Source: Promethearchaeota archaeon
Lineage (GTDB): Archaea; Asgardarchaeota; Lokiarchaeia; Sigyniarchaeales; SOKP01
NCBI GenBank assembly: GCA_019058365.1
Contig: JAHPZE010000002.1
Coordinates: forward strand, 96,001 to 160,000
DNA length: 64,000 nt
Direction: 5' to 3'
The position numbers and the translations under genes were made by a program. Positions 36,711-48,009 of this stretch are shown here, one piece after another (the stretch's first letter is position 1; every line of letters starts with the position of its first letter). Below the pieces are notes generated by a model. It was given only the letters and a program-made list of their open reading frames with translations, was not told the DNA's origin and made no database searches.

Positions 36711-37757
36711 ATGAAATTCATTAAAAATATTCAAGCAATTGAAGGAGACTATATCGAAACAAAAAGGGAAAATTTATTTTTCGATGTAAAAGGTCTTCTC
36801 CATCCAAATGATTATATTATATGTTTTTTACGTTTTTTTCCCGATCCAAATGGATTACGGATAAAAAATCGTATTAATTTTCGTAAAATTTACAATCTAG
36901 ACGAAAGATATGCTCTTTTGAGAGAAAAATATCCAGAATTTCTTTTTTTTTCTAAAGAACTCGATTTAGAAGTCCAAGGAGTTAAAAAAAAAGAAATAAA
37001 AAAAATTTATACCCCACAAAACTGCTTTAAAAAACTATTAAAAAAAAAAAAGTTATCCATTAGCGAAACACGTTCTAGAGAATTAGGTGAATTGTTTCTC
37101 TCTCAAGGAAATCTTTCTGAGGGTTCAATAGGAATTACAGGATCAATTATGGTGGGATTGAATACTGAAGAGTCTGATATTGATATAATAATTTACGGTA
37201 CAGAAACAAGTATGAAATTTCAAGAAACACTTGTAAAAATTTTTGAAAAATCAACTAATTGTAGGAAATATAATATAGATGAATATAAATCACATTATAA
37301 TTGGAGAGTTGGTGGTTCTAATATTCCATTTGAAGATTTTCTGAAAAGTGAACAAAGAAAGCAGCATCAGGGTAAATATTTGGAAAATGATTTTTTTATT
37401 AGATATATTAAAAGCCCCGAAGATTGGAAAGGAAATTTTTATGATTATCAATATAAAAATTTTGGCAGAATTAAACTTAAAGCACACATCATAGATTCAA
37501 TAGATTCTATTTTTACACCTTGTTCATATAAAATAGATCCTTTAAAAATTCTTGAAAGTAGTAATAATTCAAATAAAATTAATATAAAAGATATTAGTGA
37601 AATCAGTTCATTCAGAGGTCGCTTCTGTGAGCACGCAAGAGAAAATGAAACAGTATTAGTTGAAGGAAAGTTAGAAAAAGTAATTTTCAAGAAGGAATTA
37701 GAATATTTTAGAGTTCTATTAAGTGATCAAATTCAAGATAAAATGATCATTATTTAA
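36711..37757 (+). CDS. Archaeal nucleotidyltransferase-domain protein (COG1665-like)
   Basis: GITGS...ESDIDIIIYG Pol-beta NTase motif; F.VKG..HP; C-terminal OB-like V.GKLE. Confidence 0.8.
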   Translation: MKFIKNIQAIEGDYIETKRENLFFDVKGLLHPNDYIICFLRFFPDPNGLRIKNRINFRKIYNLDERYALLREKYPEFLFFSKELDLEVQGVKKKEIKKIYTPQNCFKKLLKKKKLSISETRSRELGELFLSQGNLSEGSIGITGSIMVGLNTEESDIDIIIYGTETSMKFQETLVKIFEKSTNCRKYNIDEYKSHYNWRVGGSNIPFEDFLKSEQRKQHQGKYLENDFFIRYIKSPEDWKGNFYDYQYKNFGRIKLKAHIIDSIDSIFTPCSYKIDPLKILESSNNSNKINIKDISEISSFRGRFCEHARENETVLVEGKLEKVIFKKELEYFRVLLSDQIQDKMIII

Positions 37758-37829
37758 TGATAAATAAAATACTCTTAATTCAATTTAAATAAAAATATTT
37801 ATAACATTACTATTTAATTTGGATAAAAA

Positions 37830-39140
37830 ATGAAGTACTTCAATGCTGACTTGCACATTCATTCCCCCCATTCTATAGGAGTATCGAAATCTTTAAATTT
37901 AGACACTATGATCGATACCTGCAAAAAAAAGGGTTTAAATATTTTAGGGACTGGAGATGTTTTACAACCAGAATGGTTAAAATATTTAGAGCAAAAACTA
38001 GAAAAGAGTAAAGATAGAGCCTATATTTATAAAGATATTAATTTTATCCTTCAATCTGAGATAGAAGATCAAGAAAGTATCCATGAAGTTGTCTTTTTTG
38101 AAGATTTCAATATGGTAAGAACTATTCAAAAGAAATTAGAACCTTATTCAAGTAATATTTTAGGTGAATGGGGTGGACGTCCAAGGGTTAATTTAACTCC
38201 TGCAGAATTGGTTGATATAATCTCAGATGAAGGTGCTTTGATTGGTCCTGCACATGCTTTTACTCCTTTCAAAGCAATATTTCGGCAAAATAGATTTGAA
38301 ACTCTTTCAGATTGTTATCAAGATGCTACAAAAAATATTTATTTTATAGAACTTGGGTTATCTGCCAATACTTATCTTGCAGACAGGTTGGAATGTTTAA
38401 GAGATGTCACTTTTCTAAGTAATAGCGATGCACATTCACAAGGACCACGTTCTTTAGGGCGAGAATTTAATAGATTTGATATTGATAACCCATCTTTTGA
38501 AGAAATAGTATTAGCGATAAGAAGAAAAGATAATAGGAAAATATCATTAAATGTAGGGTTGCATCCTAAACTCGGAAAATATTATAATATGTTTTGCAAT
38601 AAATGTAGAAGAAGAATACTATTTAAAAAAGCAATGAAATCTTTTAATGACGTCTTTAGCCAATATTCGATAACAGAAAATTTTATATTCATATATACTA
38701 ATAATCCCGATATGGCTAAACAAGATTACATTAGCCAAGTAAATAAGGGTAAAGTAATATGTCCTTCTTGTAAAAAAGAATTAAGTAAAAATTATAAAAT
38801 AAAATTGGGTGTAAGTGAAAGAATAGATCTAATTTCAACAAGTGAAAAACCCATTCATCCAAATCACAGACCAAGTTATATTAATGCTATTCCATTAATC
38901 GATATAATACGTTCAGAGAAACACATAACAAGTAAAACCAGTAAAACGGTACTCAATACTTATAATAATATTATTGAGAAGTTAGGTTCAGAATTTGAGA
39001 TATTAATTGATACACCTATTAATAATATTAAAAAGTTTAATGAGAATATAGCATCAATTATAAAAGCAATGAGAAATGACGAGATTAAATATACTCCAGG
39101 TGGAGGAGGGACATACGGGGAAATTAATCTTGAGATATAA
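37830..39140 (+). CDS. PHP-domain endonuclease Q family protein
   Basis: ADLHIHS, GTGD, PAH.FTP, ELGLSA, SNSDAHS, LGREFN, GKY, CxxC...CxxC, GV.ERI, PGGGG.YG. Confidence 0.88.
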   Translation: MKYFNADLHIHSPHSIGVSKSLNLDTMIDTCKKKGLNILGTGDVLQPEWLKYLEQKLEKSKDRAYIYKDINFILQSEIEDQESIHEVVFFEDFNMVRTIQKKLEPYSSNILGEWGGRPRVNLTPAELVDIISDEGALIGPAHAFTPFKAIFRQNRFETLSDCYQDATKNIYFIELGLSANTYLADRLECLRDVTFLSNSDAHSQGPRSLGREFNRFDIDNPSFEEIVLAIRRKDNRKISLNVGLHPKLGKYYNMFCNKCRRRILFKKAMKSFNDVFSQYSITENFIFIYTNNPDMAKQDYISQVNKGKVICPSCKKELSKNYKIKLGVSERIDLISTSEKPIHPNHRPSYINAIPLIDIIRSEKHITSKTSKTVLNTYNNIIEKLGSEFEILIDTPINNIKKFNENIASIIKAMRNDEIKYTPGGGGTYGEINLEI

Positions 39141-39167
39141 TTAAAAAGGTAAATTTAAAAATATATT

Positions 39168-39407
39168 TTAAATTTTAAATTCTAAATCAAGCTTTATAAG
39201 ATCTCCACATGTATTACAAGTGATAAATTCGAAGACTTTCACTGCAACTACAAGTAATTCAAGATTTTTTCTCGGAAATTGATTTCTAAATTTTTTCTTA
39301 TAATTACAATTTGGACAGCTAATTATAGCCCTTACTTGAATTAAGTCGCTATCTTCTGACACACTTAAGGCTTTATCGCTGCTTTCTTTAACATTATCAA
39401 TTTCCAT
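39168..39407 (-). CDS. Small zinc-ribbon protein
   Basis: CPNC...CNTC; divergent from ftsZ. Confidence 0.65.
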   Translation of the reverse strand: MEIDNVKESSDKALSVSEDSDLIQVRAIISCPNCNYKKKFRNQFPRKNLELLVVAVKVFEFITCNTCGDLIKLDLEFKI

Positions 39408-39645
39408 ATTCTATATCCCTAGATACTTATGATAATTTAAACTTATAAATTTATTCTCTACAATGATTTGTCTTCTTTTTCAAACGAAAAAAATTATTTA
39501 GTTTAAAATTCATTAGGTTCTTTATTATAAAAGATTTCTCTTGAAAATAATACGTATATTACTGGTATTATCTTCATATTACTATGTTATATTATAAGGA
39601 TATCGTTCTCGTATTATAAAATACTTATTTTTTTGATGATACTCG

Positions 39646-40797
39646 ATGAGTGATGATATATTTGATCTAGTTGAATTAGCTAAGTCACGATCATCTGTAA
39701 GAGAAAGGTTCAATGAAATAGCTAAACATAACCAATGTCCTAATTCAAACCCTAATTGTGATGATGACAAATTTTTAGCAGATCTATTAAAAGTTTTGAA
39801 AATTAAAACATACGTGGTTGGTGTAGGAGGCGCTGGAAATAATACAGTTTCACGGTTAGATGATATGGGTATTAGTAATGCTGAGACAGTAAATATAAAT
39901 ACTGATGCGCATGACTTATATTACTCAAATTCAAAGCATAAAATATTAATTGGAAAAGAACGATGTAATGGATTAGGGTCAGGCAATGATCCTTCAGTTG
40001 GAGCTGAAGCAGCAGAGGAAGACCGCGACAGGTTAAATAAAACTTTAAACGCTGATATTATCTTTTTAACTTGTGGATTAGGTGGTGGTACGGGAACTGG
40101 AGCAGCACCCATTATTGCAGCAGAAGCAAAAAAAAATAATGCAATTGTAGTTACATTTTGCTCACTTCCATTTAACTCTGAAGGTAAGCAAAGATCAGTA
40201 AGAGCTCAACTAGGTTTAAAAAATCTTGCTAAATATTCTGATTTCCTAATTCCAATTCCAAATGATAATTTGCTAGGAATTGTCGGAAAAATACCAATGA
40301 TAACAGGCTTTAAGATTATGGATGAAATTCTAATAAGAAATATTGGTGAAGTTGTAAATTTAATTAATAATTGTGGTTTAGTTAACATTGATTTTGCAGA
40401 TGTAAAAAAAACACTTTTAGAAAACCCAAATGGAAAATATCCTTCTGGTTTAGTAGGAATAGCAGAATGCTTAGGCGAAGAATCAGATTTAATAGAAAAA
40501 GCCAGGTTAGCGTTAAATAATCCTCTTTTAAAACCAGACCCGAGACAAGTGAATAGATGTTTAGTATCTGTTACTGGTGATCATAATTTAACATTATCAA
40601 AAGTTGATAAAGTTGTATCAACTATATCAAATGAGATCCCAGAAACCGCTCAATTAAAATTTGGCGTTCAAAACAAGCCTGATATGGGATCAAAAATAAA
40701 AATAATGGTCTTAGCTAATGGGCCTGTTTCACCATATGTACGAGCTGCTGTAGATTCAGATAATGATTTTACACCAACGAGCATTGTTGGCTTTTAA
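39646..40797 (+). CDS. ftsZ: Cell division GTPase FtsZ
   Basis: GVGGAGNN, INTD, GLGGGTGTG, PF..EG, T7 loop GLVNIDFAD. Confidence 0.95.
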   Translation: MSDDIFDLVELAKSRSSVRERFNEIAKHNQCPNSNPNCDDDKFLADLLKVLKIKTYVVGVGGAGNNTVSRLDDMGISNAETVNINTDAHDLYYSNSKHKILIGKERCNGLGSGNDPSVGAEAAEEDRDRLNKTLNADIIFLTCGLGGGTGTGAAPIIAAEAKKNNAIVVTFCSLPFNSEGKQRSVRAQLGLKNLAKYSDFLIPIPNDNLLGIVGKIPMITGFKIMDEILIRNIGEVVNLINNCGLVNIDFADVKKTLLENPNGKYPSGLVGIAECLGEESDLIEKARLALNNPLLKPDPRQVNRCLVSVTGDHNLTLSKVDKVVSTISNEIPETAQLKFGVQNKPDMGSKIKIMVLANGPVSPYVRAAVDSDNDFTPTSIVGF

Positions 40798-40896
40798 AGC
40801 GAAAAAGTTGGATCTTTTTTACTACTCTTTAAAAATTTATCAACATTTATTCATTTTCACTTATAATTTAAATGAAATTATTTTAAGATCTCGAAC

Positions 40897-41343
40897 ATGA
40901 ATGATAAAAAAATGTCTATAGAAGACCTTAAGAAAGAAATTCGTAACTTTTTAGATAAAAGAAAAGTATTAGTTCTCTGTACTTGTAGCAATAATATTCC
41001 TCGTGCAACTCCAATGGATTTCTACATAGAGAAAGACAGTTTTAATATTTATGTAGGACCCGCTCCTGGAAGGAAAGTTAAGAATATGGAAGAAAATCCA
41101 ATTATTAGTATTGGTATATATACTCCTATGTCTGAAGGAAAAATACAAGGTATGCAAATTACAGCTACAGGTAAAGAAAGGTTGATATTTCTAAAAGAAG
41201 GAGATGAAGAATTCAAAAAAGCTCAAAAAATTGTACGAGGAAAAAGAAAACTAATTCTAAAAATAATACCTGAAAAAATTGAACTACTTGATTATGATTT
41301 TATCAAAAAAGGATATGGACGCCTTCAAACATTAGAAATATAA
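40897..41343 (+). CDS. Pyridoxamine 5'-phosphate oxidase-family protein
   Basis: VL.T...N.PRATP, K.KN..ENP..S, GMQI. Confidence 0.8.
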   Translation: MNDKKMSIEDLKKEIRNFLDKRKVLVLCTCSNNIPRATPMDFYIEKDSFNIYVGPAPGRKVKNMEENPIISIGIYTPMSEGKIQGMQITATGKERLIFLKEGDEEFKKAQKIVRGKRKLILKIIPEKIELLDYDFIKKGYGRLQTLEI

Positions 41344-41363
41344 AAAAAAAATAATTTTAAATT

Positions 41364-41663
41364 TTATTCTTGCATTAATTTTATGGCTTCAGATCCTTCC
41401 ATTAAAGTGATTATTTTATAAAAATATCCCTCAAATTTAGTAAAAGCACTGAGACGTTTGGCTATTCCTTTCATCCCTGCATATAGTTTATCTTCAGGAA
41501 TTTCATATATATTATAAGTTTTAATATAATAATCTGATATTATCCATTGGTGTGTTCTCTTTACGAAATCAGGGTATTTTGGTGCTTTTCCTGAAAGATA
41601 AAACTTTAACATATCCTCTACAATATGAGGTGGATATTTAACTTTACTCATGACATAAACCAT
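41364..41663 (-). CDS. Hypothetical protein (small alpha/beta)
   Basis: Intact ORF; ATG (MVYVM) lies 8 nt after GGTGA. Confidence 0.6.
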   Translation of the reverse strand: MVYVMSKVKYPPHIVEDMLKFYLSGKAPKYPDFVKRTHQWIISDYYIKTYNIYEIPEDKLYAGMKGIAKRLSAFTKFEGYFYKIITLMEGSEAIKLMQE

Positions 41664-41868
41664 TTGGTGATTCACCTTTCTAACAATTTTGATTAATTAA
41701 TCTTGGATTTGTAAAATCAAATATATTGAATTATTATTAAAATTTTTATATTTTTAGAAAAATTCAAAAATAGGAAATAATAATCTTCTAAAAGTAAATG
41801 TTTTAGGAGAAAATAAATTCTTTCATTTAATACAAATAAAAATTCTTGAAAATTTCCAACTGATAAAT

Positions 41869-44835
41869 ATGATTTCTGAGGAAGAACAAGAGGATCTTAA
41901 GACAACACAATCTGATAAAGACTTAAAAAGAGTTTTTAAAATAATTTCCTCGAGAAATCCTGATGCTTATTTTCCTACTAAGGAGCTAAGAAAATTAGGA
42001 TATATGAGAAAAAAGTGTGAATGTTGTGGCACACATTTTTGGACTACAATTAAAGATAGAGAAGTATGTGGAGATCCTGTATGTTCTGGAGGTTTTCAAG
42101 TAGTCATAGATAATCCTTCCAAAGTTAAATTATCTTTTATTGGAGTTTGGGAAAAAATTGTTGAGATCTTAGAACCAAGAGGATATGTCCCAATTAAAAG
42201 ATATCCTTGTGTAGCTCGATGGAATCCGACTTCTGAATTTACAATCGCATCAATATCAGCGTTTCAACCGTATGTTATTACAGGAGAAGTAGAGCCCCCT
42301 GCCAAGAAGCTGTTAATCCCTCAATTTTGTTTAAGATTCAATGATATTGAAAATGTTGGAATAACGGGCTCTCATAACACTGGTTTTGTTATGATAGGGC
42401 AGCATACTTTTGTGCCACCTGAAGAATGGAATCAGGGGGAACTTTTTATGGATATACATGATTTTATTCATGAAGGTGTTGGTCTGCCAAAGGAAGAAAT
42501 AATAATTCATGAAGATTCATGGGCAGGTGGGGGCTCATTTGGGTGTAGCCTTGAGTTCTTCAGTAGAGGAGTAGAGCTATTTAATCAAGTTTATACTATG
42601 TTTGAACAAACTCCTCAGGGACCACGTGAACTTAAACTTAAAGTTCTTGATATGGGACTTGGTCAAGACCGTGTAGCATGGTTCTCTCAAGGTACTCCTA
42701 ACATGTATGAAGCCATTTTTCCATTTGTTTTATCAAAATTAAGAGAAATCACTAAAATTGAGTTAGATTTAGTATTATATAATCAGTTTTCACGATTTTC
42801 AGCTTATCTAAATGTGGATGAAGTAGATAATATTGATGATGCTTGGAATAGTGTTGCAAAAGAATTGAATATTGGTGTAAAGGAACTCAGAAATAAAATA
42901 ATGCCTATGACTGCTCTTTACTCAATAGCTGAACATGCTCGTAGCTTGCTTTTTGCTATAAATGATGGAAAGCTTCCTTCAAATGTTGGTGGAGGATATA
43001 ATTTAAGGGTAATATTTAGACGAGCTATTAGTTTTATAGATAAATTCAATTGGGATATTGATATAGCAGATGTGTGTATATGGCATGCTGATGAATTAAA
43101 AAGTATTTTTCCTGAAGTTTCAGAACATTTGGATGAAATTCGAGAAATATTAGATGTCGAAAGGGAGAAATTTTATGCAACTAAGCAAAAAGCTGGAAAA
43201 ATTTTAGAAAAATTGCTGAAAAAAGGAGAGATATCCACTGACACTCTAATAGAATTATATGATTCTAATGGTATAAGTCCAGACATGGTAAAAACGGCAG
43301 CTAAAAAATATGGTATAAAAGTACACATTCCAGATGATTTTTATAATTTAGTGGTAGAAAGACATGAAATAACTGAGCAGGTCCATGCAACCGGAAAACA
43401 AATTGAATTAAATTTAGAAGGAATTCCTGAAACAAAATCTCTTTATTATTATGACTATACCGAGACTTATAATGAAGCGAAAGTGTTAAAAATCATTGAT
43501 AAAATGGTTGTTTTGGATAAAACAATTGCATACCCTACTTCTGGAGGACAACTTCATGATATAGGTACAATAAATGGGCAAAAATTCTCTGATGCTTTTA
43601 AACAAGGGAACTATACGATTCATGTTTTAGATGAAAAACCTACTTTTAAGGAGGGAGATATCGTTAAAGTTGAAGTTGATAAGAATTGGCGTACTCAACT
43701 CTCCCAACATCACACTGCTACTCACATTCTAAATGCTGCGGCAAGAGACATTTTAGGAAGCCATGTAAATCAAGCTGGTGCTAAAAAAGCATTTAAAAGC
43801 TCTCATTTGGATATAACCCACTATGAACAAATTCCAAGAGAAAAACTTCTTGTAATTGAAAATAAAGCAAATCAGATAGTTGAAGAAGGAATAGATCTTA
43901 ATCTCAGTTTCATCCCTCGTGCTGAAGCAGAACAAAAATATGGAATGACGATTTATCAAGGAGGTGCAGTACCGGGAAAATATTTAAGAATTGTTGAGAT
44001 ACCTGGGGTTGATGTTGAAGCTTGTGGGGGCACACATCTAAATAATACTTCAGAAACAGGTTATATCCATATTATTAAATCACAAAAGATACAGGATGGA
44101 ATAGTCAGGCTTACTTTTGTAGCTGGAGAGGCTACAAATAAATTAAAAGAAAAACATAAAAGAATTCTTAATGAATTAAAAGATATGTTAAATGTTGATC
44201 GCAAGCAACTTGTTGGACGTGTAAAAGAAATAATTGAAAAGTGGAAAAATGTAAATAAAGCATTAAAAACTGGTAATGTAGATGAGAGGGATTTACAATT
44301 AATCTCCTCTGAAACGTTTGAAGGTGATGTATTATCAGAAATTTCTCAAGTTTTAAGCATTAAAAAAGATGATATATCAAATAAAATTCAAAAATTATAC
44401 AATGAATGGAAAGAAGGAAAACAAAAGTTAATTGCAATCAAGGACCTGTTTAGCGATGAGGCAATTGAAAAACGGATAGAAAATGCTCATTTGTATCACA
44501 ATGCTAAGTTAATTTTTGAATCTACAGAAGATTTAACTCAAAATGATATAAAAAATTTAAGTCAAAACATTTTAAAGAAAGATCCTAATACAATTACATT
44601 TATATCAAATCAAAGTGAAAAAGGTATAATGCTTATGGGTATGTCAGGGAGTAAATCATCAATGGAATCAGATATTAATGTCGGTAATATTGTATCAGCA
44701 ATAAAAAAGCACTACAATGGAAAAGGTGGAGGAAAAAACGATTTTGGCCAAGTCTTAATAACAAAAAAAGGAGTTACTTCAGCAGAAGTTTTACAATATA
44801 TAAAAGATAATTATATCAAAGGTAAAGATAAATAA
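41869..44835 (+). CDS. alaS: Alanine--tRNA ligase (archaeal type)
   Basis: IASI..FQP, QFCLRFND, W.GGG, DMG.G..R, PSNVGGGYNLR, editing HTATH and CGGTH, C-terminal GGG DHHA1 domain. Confidence 0.97.
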   Translation: MISEEEQEDLKTTQSDKDLKRVFKIISSRNPDAYFPTKELRKLGYMRKKCECCGTHFWTTIKDREVCGDPVCSGGFQVVIDNPSKVKLSFIGVWEKIVEILEPRGYVPIKRYPCVARWNPTSEFTIASISAFQPYVITGEVEPPAKKLLIPQFCLRFNDIENVGITGSHNTGFVMIGQHTFVPPEEWNQGELFMDIHDFIHEGVGLPKEEIIIHEDSWAGGGSFGCSLEFFSRGVELFNQVYTMFEQTPQGPRELKLKVLDMGLGQDRVAWFSQGTPNMYEAIFPFVLSKLREITKIELDLVLYNQFSRFSAYLNVDEVDNIDDAWNSVAKELNIGVKELRNKIMPMTALYSIAEHARSLLFAINDGKLPSNVGGGYNLRVIFRRAISFIDKFNWDIDIADVCIWHADELKSIFPEVSEHLDEIREILDVEREKFYATKQKAGKILEKLLKKGEISTDTLIELYDSNGISPDMVKTAAKKYGIKVHIPDDFYNLVVERHEITEQVHATGKQIELNLEGIPETKSLYYYDYTETYNEAKVLKIIDKMVVLDKTIAYPTSGGQLHDIGTINGQKFSDAFKQGNYTIHVLDEKPTFKEGDIVKVEVDKNWRTQLSQHHTATHILNAAARDILGSHVNQAGAKKAFKSSHLDITHYEQIPREKLLVIENKANQIVEEGIDLNLSFIPRAEAEQKYGMTIYQGGAVPGKYLRIVEIPGVDVEACGGTHLNNTSETGYIHIIKSQKIQDGIVRLTFVAGEATNKLKEKHKRILNELKDMLNVDRKQLVGRVKEIIEKWKNVNKALKTGNVDERDLQLISSETFEGDVLSEISQVLSIKKDDISNKIQKLYNEWKEGKQKLIAIKDLFSDEAIEKRIENAHLYHNAKLIFESTEDLTQNDIKNLSQNILKKDPNTITFISNQSEKGIMLMGMSGSKSSMESDINVGNIVSAIKKHYNGKGGGKNDFGQVLITKKGVTSAEVLQYIKDNYIKGKDK

Positions 44836-44997
44836 ATAACAGACCTTTTGATTTAAGATTTAAAAACAATAAGCTCTACTTTTTAGTTTTATACTAAAGA
44901 TATAAATAATTAATGAATAAAATACTACTATTATAATATTAGAAGTTTAATCTTAATTTCAAAATAAGATCTATAACTCTACAGATTTGAGAGAAAT

Positions 44998-47964
44998 ATG
45001 ATGAATGAATTAGAAATTGATAAAGAGCTTGAAAATTTCAAAGATCAGTTAAATTTACTGGCAATGATATTTGATACTCGCAGAAAAATGCGTAGAGAGA
45101 TATATAATGAAAAAACCGGTTTCATTTTTAACGCCAAGTATCAATTTACAACTAAAGATGATGCATTTAATGTTCACGTGATTTTTAAAGATGGAAAGAT
45201 GACTGTGGCAGATGGAAAAATTGATGATCCTAATATCACTATTTATTATAAGGATAAAGAGACTTTGGCAAATCTCTATAGCAAGAGTGCTGAAGAATCA
45301 CTTGATTATCTTTTAACAAACGAGATGGGATATATTGGAAACATGTCTTACCTTACCAAGTTTTCTTATCTCACATCGCTCGTTATGGGAGCTAAGATCA
45401 AGGATTATAAAGGTCCTGAAAACCGAATATTATATCCAATTGAGAATATTGATAATGGAGAAAAGAGTAGAAGGCTTAAGAATGAAGGTTTGAATCGAAA
45501 GGTTGATAAAGTTGAGGTATTAGAAGATCCTTATCTAGCAAAATATTCTTTGGAGGATTTTCCACGTTTAAAATATTTAAAAAACCGTCGTTTTGCCTTA
45601 AAACCGGCAATATGCGTTGAAAGGGCTAGATTAGTAACACAATATCATAGGGAAAATGGGTTCGAGGAAGATAGTTCTGGAAATCCACTAGATCCAGAAT
45701 TACGACAAGCAGGAGCAGTAAATTACATAATGTCTAATAAAAGACCTATAATTCATGATAGACATCTAATTGCTGGGTCTACTACATCAAAAGAAGTTGG
45801 GATCCCTATGTATCCTGAACTTATTGCGACAGCTATTTGGCCTGAACTAAAAACAATTGGTGAACGGGAGCTAAATCCTAATGATATTTCCGACAAAGAT
45901 GCAGATATTTTAAGTTTAGAAGTTTTTCCTTATTGGATGGAACGGAATGTGCGAGAATACTGTCGTACAAAATTCAATAATCCCAAATCTCAAGCATTAG
46001 AAGAAGGATGGGTATTTTATTTTATGATGAAAACCAATGCTATCAGCCATACAATCCCGGGTTTTCCAATGGTTATAAACAAAGGATTAGAAAGTGTAAA
46101 ACATAAAGCTGAAAAATTAGAAAAAGAAGCTGATTCAAAAGAGAAAAAAAATTTCTATAAGGCAATTCAAATAGCAATAGATGGTGTTTTAACATATTCT
46201 AAAAATCTGAGTGAAGAAGCAATAAGAATTGCTGAATCTTTGGATCCAAATGAACCAGAACAAGCAAAAAGAATTGATGAATTAAAGGAGATTTCCAGAA
46301 TTTGTGCGAAAGTACCAGGAAAACCAGCAGAAACGCTTCAAGAAGCAATTCAATCTATTTGGACGAGTTTTGTTTGCTTACATTGTGAAAATGCTAATTC
46401 TGCATTATCAATTGGTAGATTAGATCAAATACTCCAGCCATTCTTTTTAAAAGAGATTGTGAAGGCTAAAAATGACGATGAAAAAGAACAAATAATAAGA
46501 AAGGCAATTGAGTTAGTCGGATCCTTGTTTGTTAGAATTAATGATCATGATCCACTAATGCCAAATGTGGGGTGGAAACTTTTCGGAGGCAGTTCTTCAG
46601 ATGATACAGTGACAGTCGGAGGTGTTGATAGAGAAGGAAATAACGCTGTGAATGATATGAGCTATATTATTTTAAAGACAAATGAGATGCTTGGTTTCCA
46701 AGATCCTAATATGAATGCTCGATATTATTCTGGAATTAATTCAAAGGAATATTTACGTCGTTTGACTGAAGTAAATGTGAACATGGGGGCATCTCCAAGC
46801 ATTCATAATGATAGAACTATGATTGAAGCCTTAGTTCACGAAGGTTTTGTTATAGAAGATGCTAGAGACTGGGGTGCAACTGGATGTGTTGAGCCTACAA
46901 TTGTAGGAAAACATTATGGTCATACAAATTGCATGCTTTTGAATCTGGTGGCTCCCTTAGAAATGGCATTAAATAACGGAATTATTCCATTGACCGGAGA
47001 AAAAATGGGGATTGAAACTGGTTATGTTCGGACTAATTTTATAACATTTGAAGATTTTTTAGATGCCTATAAAATTCAACTTAAATATTTAGCAGAACAA
47101 TCAATTGAAATTAATAATTTTCTCGGGGAATCACATAGAGATATACATCCAACACCTCTTTTATCGTGTTTTTACGATGGTCCTTTAGAAAAAGGTAAGG
47201 ATCTCATTAATGGCGGTGCTGTTTATAATACATCGGGAGTTGCTCTTGTGGCACTTACGGATGTGATTGATAGTTTATTGGTTATTAAGGATTTAATCTA
47301 CAATAAAAGTGAATTTAATTTTGCTACACTAATGGATGCTATTGATAATAACTTTGAAGGTTACGAATCCATCTTGCATAAAATAGAACAAGTTCCCAAG
47401 TTTGGTTCAGGTGAAGATGGTACCATTGAAATGGCTCAAGATATAATTAATTTTTGTTATGATATCTACAATTCTGCTAGAAATTATAGGGGTGGTAAAT
47501 ATCTAGTGGGTTACTGGTCGATAAGTTATCATACTGGATTTGGAATGCTCACTGGAGCTTTACCCTCAGGTCGAAAGAAAGGAAAGGCATTGACTCCCGG
47601 ATTAACTCCCGCATCTGGTACCACTGATATCTTACTTCCAAGCATTCAAAGTGTTGCAGCTTTAGACTACTTAAAAATGGCAAATAATGCTTCTTATAAT
47701 GTGAAACTTGTTCCCCATCCGGGTGATAACCATAAAGAAACACTAGATCTTTTCACGAGCTATGTCCAGAGCTTTTTTGATCTAAATGGAATGCAATGGC
47801 AATTTAATGTTATATCTTCGGATACAATGAGAGATGCGATGGCTAATCCGATTGATTATAGATGGCTCCTAGTTAGAGTCTCAGGATATAATGCCTACTT
47901 CACAAAACTAAATAAAAATATGCAATTAGAATTAATTGAAAGGCATGAATATCATACAAGATAG
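44998..47964 (+). CDS. Glycyl-radical enzyme with N-terminal SCP2-like domain, non-PFL type
   Basis: ICVERA, GRLDQ, GCVEP, LLVRVSGYNAYF; residues about 30-130 follow the SCP2 pattern (F.DGKM.V.DG....P.ITI...G.M..L.KF). Confidence 0.9.
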   Translation: MMNELEIDKELENFKDQLNLLAMIFDTRRKMRREIYNEKTGFIFNAKYQFTTKDDAFNVHVIFKDGKMTVADGKIDDPNITIYYKDKETLANLYSKSAEESLDYLLTNEMGYIGNMSYLTKFSYLTSLVMGAKIKDYKGPENRILYPIENIDNGEKSRRLKNEGLNRKVDKVEVLEDPYLAKYSLEDFPRLKYLKNRRFALKPAICVERARLVTQYHRENGFEEDSSGNPLDPELRQAGAVNYIMSNKRPIIHDRHLIAGSTTSKEVGIPMYPELIATAIWPELKTIGERELNPNDISDKDADILSLEVFPYWMERNVREYCRTKFNNPKSQALEEGWVFYFMMKTNAISHTIPGFPMVINKGLESVKHKAEKLEKEADSKEKKNFYKAIQIAIDGVLTYSKNLSEEAIRIAESLDPNEPEQAKRIDELKEISRICAKVPGKPAETLQEAIQSIWTSFVCLHCENANSALSIGRLDQILQPFFLKEIVKAKNDDEKEQIIRKAIELVGSLFVRINDHDPLMPNVGWKLFGGSSSDDTVTVGGVDREGNNAVNDMSYIILKTNEMLGFQDPNMNARYYSGINSKEYLRRLTEVNVNMGASPSIHNDRTMIEALVHEGFVIEDARDWGATGCVEPTIVGKHYGHTNCMLLNLVAPLEMALNNGIIPLTGEKMGIETGYVRTNFITFEDFLDAYKIQLKYLAEQSIEINNFLGESHRDIHPTPLLSCFYDGPLEKGKDLINGGAVYNTSGVALVALTDVIDSLLVIKDLIYNKSEFNFATLMDAIDNNFEGYESILHKIEQVPKFGSGEDGTIEMAQDIINFCYDIYNSARNYRGGKYLVGYWSISYHTGFGMLTGALPSGRKKGKALTPGLTPASGTTDILLPSIQSVAALDYLKMANNASYNVKLVPHPGDNHKETLDLFTSYVQSFFDLNGMQWQFNVISSDTMRDAMANPIDYRWLLVRVSGYNAYFTKLNKNMQLELIERHEYHTR

Positions 47965-48009
47965 CAAAGATACTTTATTTTTATTTTTTAATTTTTATTT
48001 TTTGAAATA

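Noticed and set aside
13198-47964. Calling either glycyl-radical enzyme pyruvate formate-lyase
   Set aside because: Both have a single-Cys CxE loop (GCLE, GCVE) instead of the PFL Cys-Cys pair, and both activases carry ferredoxin inserts that PFL-AE lacks.
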